From positions 2,785 to 66,784 of the forward strand of contig JAMQHH010000001.1 of the NCBI GenBank assembly GCA_025993875.1: DNA of 64,000 bases. The letters are read 5' to 3'. Within the stretch, counting starts at the first letter, position 1; each line of letters begins with the position of its first letter. Source of the DNA: Candidatus Dojkabacteria bacterium (GTDB taxonomy: Bacteria > Patescibacteriota > Dojkabacteria > J137). The notes below the pieces were generated by a model. It searched no databases. It was not told where the DNA came from and saw only the letters and a program-made list of their open reading frames with translations. The translations under genes and the position numbers were made by a program. Positions 58,286 through 64,000 of the stretch are shown here, one piece after another.

Positions 58286-59077
58286 TTATTGTTCTTGATG
58301 CTTAGCTTTTATTATTCTGATAAATTCTTTAAGTAAAATTTGCTGTGCTTTATAGGCTACAGTTTGAATAGAAAGAGAATCTTGCGCAAATCTAAGAAAT
58401 TGTTGATAATTTGCCCCTTCACATTTTAAAGTTATAGTTAGGCAAAAACATAGCTCCGCTATTTGAACAAATTTTTTGGCAGGACAGGCAAAATAATTAC
58501 CATTCTCACTACCTTTTGTAAAAAACACTGATTCATCTTGAGTCGATGTTAATATAATACCAATGTCTTCAGGTTTGTAATTAAAATTTGCATCGGGATT
58601 AAGAAGAGTAGCTTGGCGTGCAATAAGCTTAGCTGCAAGGCTATTAGATAAAGATAATCTAACAACTTGCTTTGCAAGAAGGATTATTAACGGTTCAAGT
58701 ATTCCACCTTCCGATAATATTACTGTTAGCCCTGGATTTTCGGGTAAGGGATTTATTGAGATAAATAACTTGTAATCGGTTGTTCTTAACTTTTTAATTT
58801 CAAATCTACGCAACCTTTGTGGAGAAATCTGTGTAAGTCTTGTCAGTACTTTCTTTGCGATTTTTAAAACTAACCTTGAAAAATATTCTTCTTCGTCAAC
58901 TGTATTATATCCGCTTCTGACAATTTTTATTCTTGATAAAATGGAATTTAATTTATTTGATTCTAATAATTCAGCGCTTAGAGCAAAAAAAAATGCAAAA
59001 AAATTCTGACTTATCCATTCTATTGCTTTAGCTCTTATATTATCTGGACGTGACGGATACCTTGAAATTCTTGGCAT
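58286..59077 (-). CDS. hypothetical protein
   Basis: 263-aa ORF located between two tRNA genes. No recognisable motif. Confidence 0.45.
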   Translation of the reverse strand: MPRISRYPSRPDNIRAKAIEWISQNFFAFFFALSAELLESNKLNSILSRIKIVRSGYNTVDEEEYFSRLVLKIAKKVLTRLTQISPQRLRRFEIKKLRTTDYKLFISINPLPENPGLTVILSEGGILEPLIILLAKQVVRLSLSNSLAAKLIARQATLLNPDANFNYKPEDIGIILTSTQDESVFFTKGSENGNYFACPAKKFVQIAELCFCLTITLKCEGANYQQFLRFAQDSLSIQTVAYKAQQILLKEFIRIIKAKHQEQ

Positions 59078-59192
59078 AGATTAACTTTTACCATTTTGCT
59101 AAAATTCTTAGCCGATTTTAAAGCTTTTTTTGGTAAAATTACAGTAGGCAGGTGTTAGACTCAAGTTATTTCGTCTGATAAAAGTTATTAAT

Positions 59193-59266
59193 AGCAGGAT
59201 AGCTCAGAAGGTTAGAGCACAGGATTCATAAACCTGAGGTCGGGAGTTCGATTCTCCCTCCTGCTA
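59193..59266 (+). tRNA. tRNA-Met (anticodon CAU; elongator or possibly Ile2/lysidine type)
   Basis: Acceptor AGCAGGA/TCCTGCT, D-arm GCTC-AGAAGGTTA-GAGC, anticodon loop TTCATAA, T-arm GGGAG-TTCGATT-CTCCC. The 31:39 pair is an A-A mismatch. Confidence 0.75.
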
Positions 59267-59310
59267 ATTAGTTAAAGACGTTTTTAGTATTTTAAACATA
59301 ACAAAAATTT

Positions 59311-61662
59311 ATGGATAATAAAAAACCATTAGATCGAGAAAAGAAAATCAAACCCGAATTATCGGAGGAATTGTTAAAGCGCATTGGAGCTACCAAGGGG
59401 AGAAGAAGAACAGTTTTTATTAGGATTAACCCATTAATTCCTCTTGTTGTAGTTATCTTAATAACTTTTCTTATTCTGGGCTTATTTAGAACAGATATCT
59501 ATACAGCAAAACTTTCGTTAGACGAACTGATAAGAGGGATAAAAGAAGATAGATTTTCCGAGGTAATAATTCAAAATGATGGCAGGATTTTAGCAAACGG
59601 GAAAGAGTTTGTGGAATTTGAAGGGGTTCTGCCTGTAAATTCCGATCCCAAAAGCGGTAATGAAGATTTAAATAGCGAAATTGTTGACTTTGAAGTAATG
59701 AATCTAGACGATCTTATAAATTTATTGACCAGTCAGGACCTGGTATCCCAGCTTAGATCTCTTTTAAATAGGGAAAATAATTCTTTGGAAAGCATTTTAT
59801 TAGGAACTGATTTTATCATTGGCACTAAGTCCGGTCAAAATTCCAAGGATATTTTAATAAGTAACCGCGGTGAAGAAGATTTTTACAAAAGGCTCGAAGA
59901 ACTAAATGTAAATCCTTCCTCAATTTCTACCCCTATTAAGAAATTAAGGACAAAGTCCTTTTCTACCTCGCAAGAATCTTTTTTAGAAAGAATAAATTCC
60001 GGGCAGTTTAGTGAAGTTTATATCCTTGGAGAAACATTTATAGGAAAAATTAACACAGATTTAATCCAACGATACTATATCGACTGGACTCCCAACATAA
60101 ATACTTTTGTATCTTCACTGCAGCAGGAAGGAATTTCTTTAACAGCCGATAATTACGAACTAATTTCTCAAAACATTCCTGCAGGATTAACTTTATCCGA
60201 TCTATTTACAATACTAACACTGGCAGGATTTGTTATTTTAGGAATAGTTATATTCAGAGGCGCCCAGTCATCAGGAATGGGTATAAGTCAGTTTGGACAG
60301 TCTAAAGCAAAATTATTTTTTGGTTCTAAAACTGATACAACTTTTAAAGACGTTGCAGGTATCGACGAAGCAAGGGAGGAACTTAACGAAATAGTTGACT
60401 TTTTAAAAACTCCAAATAAATTTAGAAAATTAGGAGCAAGAATACCTAAGGGAGTATTAATGGTCGGTCCTCCAGGTACCGGAAAAACTCTTTTGGCAAG
60501 AGCAATCGCCGGAGAAGCTGGTGTTCCGTTTTTTCATACATCTGGATCGGAATTCGAAGAGATGCTTGTAGGTGCTGGAGCTTCCAGAGTTAGAGATCTA
60601 TTTGTAAAAGCTAAAAAGACTGCACCATCACTTATTTTTATCGATGAAATTGATGCAGTAGCGAGAAAAAGAGGTACAAAGATTCAATCCGGAACCACAG
60701 AGCAAACATTAAACCAAATTCTTGTAGAAATGGATGGGTTTGAAAAGAATACAAATGTTATAGTTTTGGCAGCTACTAATAGACCGGATGTGTTAGATCC
60801 TGCAATTTTAAGACCTGGAAGGTTTGATAGACAAATAAGAATCGATCTTCCCGATATGGAGGGAAGAAAGCAAATTCTGGATGTTCATGGGAAAAATAAG
60901 CCTTTTGCGAAAGAAGTTAACCTGGAAAAAATTGCTAAAAGAACAGTTGGTTTTACCGGTGCTGATTTAGAAAATATATTAAACGAAGGGGCAATAATAG
61001 CCGCAAAAGACGGAGCTAAGGAGATCTCTATGAGTCATATTGAAGAGGCAGTATCTAAGGTTGTGTTAGGACCGGCAAAAAGATCTCGAAAAAGAACAGA
61101 AAAAGAACTTAAGTTGGTTGCTTATCACGAAGCAGGGCATGCGGTTGTTGCAAAATATATCGCTGATGCAACACCTGTCGATAAAATTTCGATAATTTCG
61201 AGAGGCAGCACAGGAGGAGTAACTATGTTTTTACCCGAAAAAGATGAATACATAATCTCCAAAAGAAAGCTTATAGCCGATATTATAGTTAGTTTGGGAG
61301 GAAGAGCGGCAGAAGAGATAGCTTTGGACGATGTTTCAACAGGAGCTTCGAACGACATCGAAAAAGCGACAGCTGTAGCTAGAAGAATGATTCAAAAGTT
61401 TGGCATGAGTTCAAAACTCGGACTTGTGCAATATGGCAATTTTGAAGAAAATGAATATTTGGGATATGCATATAATTCTTCCAAAGATTATTCCGATAAA
61501 ACCGCAGAAGAGATAGATAAAGAGGTAAAAGAAATGATTGCAGAATCGTACAAAAAAGCACTGGAAATTCTCAACACCAATCGAGACAAACTGGATAGGG
61601 TGGCAGAGGCTCTCTTAGAAAAAGAGGTCTTAAGTAAAGAAGAGTTTGATGAACTATTCTAG
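59311..61662 (+). CDS. ftsH: ATP-dependent zinc metalloprotease FtsH (with unusually long ~300-aa extracytoplasmic N-domain)
   Basis: Walker [27 protein letters not shown] region. Zn-binding HEAGHAVV. Two TM helices flank a long N-terminal ectodomain. Confidence 0.9.
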   Translation: MDNKKPLDREKKIKPELSEELLKRIGATKGRRRTVFIRINPLIPLVVVILITFLILGLFRTDIYTAKLSLDELIRGIKEDRFSEVIIQNDGRILANGKEFVEFEGVLPVNSDPKSGNEDLNSEIVDFEVMNLDDLINLLTSQDLVSQLRSLLNRENNSLESILLGTDFIIGTKSGQNSKDILISNRGEEDFYKRLEELNVNPSSISTPIKKLRTKSFSTSQESFLERINSGQFSEVYILGETFIGKINTDLIQRYYIDWTPNINTFVSSLQQEGISLTADNYELISQNIPAGLTLSDLFTILTLAGFVILGIVIFRGAQSSGMGISQFGQSKAKLFFGSKTDTTFKDVAGIDEAREELNEIVDFLKTPNKFRKLGARIPKGVLMVGPPGTGKTLLARAIAGEAGVPFFHTSGSEFEEMLVGAGASRVRDLFVKAKKTAPSLIFIDEIDAVARKRGTKIQSGTTEQTLNQILVEMDGFEKNTNVIVLAATNRPDVLDPAILRPGRFDRQIRIDLPDMEGRKQILDVHGKNKPFAKEVNLEKIAKRTVGFTGADLENILNEGAIIAAKDGAKEISMSHIEEAVSKVVLGPAKRSRKRTEKELKLVAYHEAGHAVVAKYIADATPVDKISIISRGSTGGVTMFLPEKDEYIISKRKLIADIIVSLGGRAAEEIALDDVSTGASNDIEKATAVARRMIQKFGMSSKLGLVQYGNFEENEYLGYAYNSSKDYSDKTAEEIDKEVKEMIAESYKKALEILNTNRDKLDRVAEALLEKEVLSKEEFDELF

Positions 61663-62009
61663 TATAGTGTGTTAGATATATTTCGTACTTACGCACGGCC
61701 TTGGACTCGCAAACAATCAGGGATTTTTAGTACTCTTTAGTTGAGGAAAGTTGATTGGAGTTTTCCCGGTTAAATCTACTGACTTTATTCTTTTCCGGTT
61801 TGGCTCTATAAAAACTTATGTCTTATTTAATTGTGTTACTTTTATCTGTTTTGGCTTTAGTTAAAACGGGTAGGGGAAACCTCCAAATGCTGCAATAAGA
61901 AAGAAGCCTTAGATCACTAAAATATATCACAGGAAGGGCGATACCGATTGATTAATGACATTAACTATTATACTATATACGTCTTCAAATTTTTTATTTA
62001 TAATCACTT

Positions 62010-64000
62010 ATGGTCAAAGATAAAAAAACCTTGCTGTTAATAGATTCTTTTGCACTTATCTTTAGGGCCTATTATGCTTTTCCTGCATCTTTAAGGTCTC
62101 CAAATGGAGAGCCTACAAATGCAGTTTACGGATTTACCAGCATACTTCTGGATGTTATAACTAAATTTAAGCCCCATAATGTTATAGCTGTTTTTGATTC
62201 GGCTGGACCAACTTTTCGAAAAACCGAGCATTCTTTTTACAAGGCCAATAGAGAAGAGGCTGATGATTTACTTAAAGCGCAAATCCCAATGGTACGCAGC
62301 TTGCTGGAAAGCTTTTCTATACCAGTTTTAAGTGTAGAAGGTTATGAGGCAGACGATATAATAGCTACAATAGATAAAAGGCATTCTGGAGAATGGGCTC
62401 AAACTATTATCGTTACGGGAGATCAGGACATTTTTCAGCTGGTTGATAATGATACTTCGGTATATCTTTCGGGTAAAAGATTTGCTGATTCAAAGTTATA
62501 TGGTGAACAGGAGATCAAGGAAAAGCTTGGCATATATCCTAGTCAGGTAATAGATTTTAAGGCTTTAAAGGGTGACCCATCAGATAACATACCGGGTGTA
62601 AAAGGAATAGGAGGCAAAACAGCAGTGGAACTTTTAGAAAAATATGGAAGTTTTGATCAGATTTATTCCAATATCGATGCTGTTTCTGGATCACTAAAAG
62701 ATAAATTGGTAAATGGATATCAAATGGGGATTACTTCCAAAAAATTAGCCACTATACAATCCGAGGTTCCTATTTCGTTCGATTTTTCTTTATCTATTTT
62801 TGGTGGTCAAGCTATTACAGAATCTCTTGCAAAAGTTAGGAGCTTTGGATTTAAATCTCTCGAAAACAAGCTTCTGACCTTGTTTAAAGAGTATAAGGTT
62901 CAAATAAATTCTAATACTTCCGATTCTCAGCTTACTTTCGATGTATTGCCTAAGTCGACCGACGCTAATAAATTAAGTAATGAAGAGTTTTTAAAATATC
63001 TTGGTAAAGCAACAGATGTTTATCTCTTGTCGGAAATATCAAATCAGGAAAAAAGCCCAATCCACTATAGTTTACAAAGTCTAACGCTTTTTATTGAAAA
63101 AGGTTTTGTCTGGACAGAATTTAGAGTTAGCTTCGAGCAAGCTTTAGAGGCTATCGAGGGAAAAAATGTAAAAATACTAGAAGTTAAGCCGTTTCTACAT
63201 GCAATAATTAATACAGGTTTACATTTTAAACCAAATAGCATTTTGGATCTAACAATAGGGGCCTTTGTAGAGTCGGGAGGAGTTACAAAAAAGGCTCTAG
63301 ATACGCTATTAGCGCATTACAGTATACCTAAGCTGGCACCAGCAGTAGCCTCGCTCCCTGTGTTGGAAAAAATTATAACTCAGGGGATTGAAAAAAAAGA
63401 ACAGAATGGGATATTGGAAATCGAACGCAGATGCTTATCCACAATTGTTAAAATGGAACAAACAGGTATCACGTTTGATAACGCTCAGATAGAGGAAATT
63501 AAAAGAACACTGGAATCTAAAAAGGAAGAACTTAAAGAGTCTATATACAAAACAGCAGGTTTGGAGTTTAATATCAATTCGCCTTCACAGGTTGCAGATA
63601 TACTCTTTAATAAAATGCAATTGAATTCTTTCCTAAAGACTAAAAAAGGATCTTTTAGTACTAGCGAGCTAGTTCTAAAAAAGATAACTGATAACCCAAT
63701 TGGAAGTTTAATTCTGGAATATAGAGAGATAGAGAAGTTACTTTCAACTTATGTTCGTGCAATCCCCGAATATGTGGATAAAGATAAAAAAATCAGATCT
63801 GTTTTTGATCAAATTGGTGCGGTTTCGGGAAGATTCTCTTCAAAAAACCCGAATCTTCAAAACATACCAAAAGATCCGGTTCAAGATGTAAATTTTCGTA
63901 ACTTATTTGTTGCTCAAAAAAATAAAGTTTTGGTCTCTTTCGATTATTCTCAACAAGAACTACGTATTTTAGCTGCAATGGCAAAAGAGGAGGAACTGGT
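62010..64000 (+). CDS. polA: DNA polymerase I (5' part; continues beyond window end)
   Basis: Open frame from ATG 62010 to the window end with no stop. 5'-3' exonuclease motifs (LLLIDSFALIFRAYYAF; EGYEADDIIAT; GVKGIGGKTAVELL). QELRILAAMAKEE near the end. TATAAT at 61999-62004 lies just upstream. Confidence 0.85.
   Translation, partial: MVKDKKTLLLIDSFALIFRAYYAFPASLRSPNGEPTNAVYGFTSILLDVITKFKPHNVIAVFDSAGPTFRKTEHSFYKANREEADDLLKAQIPMVRSLLESFSIPVLSVEGYEADDIIATIDKRHSGEWAQTIIVTGDQDIFQLVDNDTSVYLSGKRFADSKLYGEQEIKEKLGIYPSQVIDFKALKGDPSDNIPGVKGIGGKTAVELLEKYGSFDQIYSNIDAVSGSLKDKLVNGYQMGITSKKLATIQSEVPISFDFSLSIFGGQAITESLAKVRSFGFKSLENKLLTLFKEYKVQINSNTSDSQLTFDVLPKSTDANKLSNEEFLKYLGKATDVYLLSEISNQEKSPIHYSLQSLTLFIEKGFVWTEFRVSFEQALEAIEGKNVKILEVKPFLHAIINTGLHFKPNSILDLTIGAFVESGGVTKKALDTLLAHYSIPKLAPAVASLPVLEKIITQGIEKKEQNGILEIERRCLSTIVKMEQTGITFDNAQIEEIKRTLESKKEELKESIYKTAGLEFNINSPSQVADILFNKMQLNSFLKTKKGSFSTSELVLKKITDNPIGSLILEYREIEKLLSTYVRAIPEYVDKDKKIRSVFDQIGAVSGRFSSKNPNLQNIPKDPVQDVNFRNLFVAQKNKVLVSFDYSQQELRILAAMAKEEEL

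Noticed and set aside
42506-59266. Interpretation of the whole right-hand region as a classical integrative conjugative element.
   Set aside because: No relaxase, VirB4, VirB6 or VirB11 is visible. The housekeeping smpB is embedded. The recombinase looks XerC/D-like and small. It is kept as a T4SS-like chromosomal system finding instead.
61663-62009. Calling RNase P RNA outright from the GAGGAAAG match.
   Set aside because: Only one short consensus fragment is present and no complementary P4 strand was found. It is downgraded to a low-interest finding pending a covariance-model search.

Overview
This is an AT-rich bacterial chromosomal segment with standard genetic code and long uninterrupted ORFs under code 11. 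Gene content and architecture (small proteins, a sortase, an FtsH with a long N-terminal ectodomain, a single Xer-type recombinase, an encoded tRNA-Ile with UAU anticodon) suggest a reduced-genome organism, possibly Patescibacteria/CPR-like; that attribution is inference only. Positions 1-42500 are mostly housekeeping. From the left they contain a PIN/Phd-type toxin-antitoxin pair, rpsO, an ftsQ-like/ftsA/ftsZ division cluster, a sortase, rpoD, a fused HEPN-nucleotidyltransferase gene, rny and a cell-wall amidase. These are followed by a minus-strand run of ileS, lepB, parA and parB, then fmt, tRNA-Asn, a MacB/FtsX-type ABC pair, pyrD, a umuD-like/umuC pair, mltG, ruvX and comF. The rest of the left part holds a tmRNA (ssrA) whose tag reading frame ends ...ALAFA, yidC, rplY, a Lon-like AAA+ gene lacking the protease domain, a second FtsA/PilM-family actin-like ATPase paired with a large bitopic membrane protein, groES-groEL, and a ClpB/ClpC-type double-AAA+ ATPase carrying an N-terminal transmembrane domain. 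Positions 42506-56546 form a same-strand accessory-looking cluster. It has six tandem paralogous secreted two-helix pilin-like proteins (VirB2/TrbC-like topology), a coiled-coil membrane protein, a coiled-coil SpoIID/LytB-domain hydrolase-like protein, a bPH-like membrane protein, a large TM protein, and an 817-aa VirD4/TraG-type coupling-protein-like ATPase. smpB is embedded in it, and the window shows no VirB4, VirB6, VirB11 or relaxase. The cluster abuts tRNA-Ile(UAU) and a XerC/D-like tyrosine recombinase, followed by an initiator tRNA-fMet, a hypothetical gene, tRNA-Met(CAU), ftsH and the 5' part of polA. That cluster is the main candidate for a novel envelope-spanning DNA or protein translocation or attachment system.
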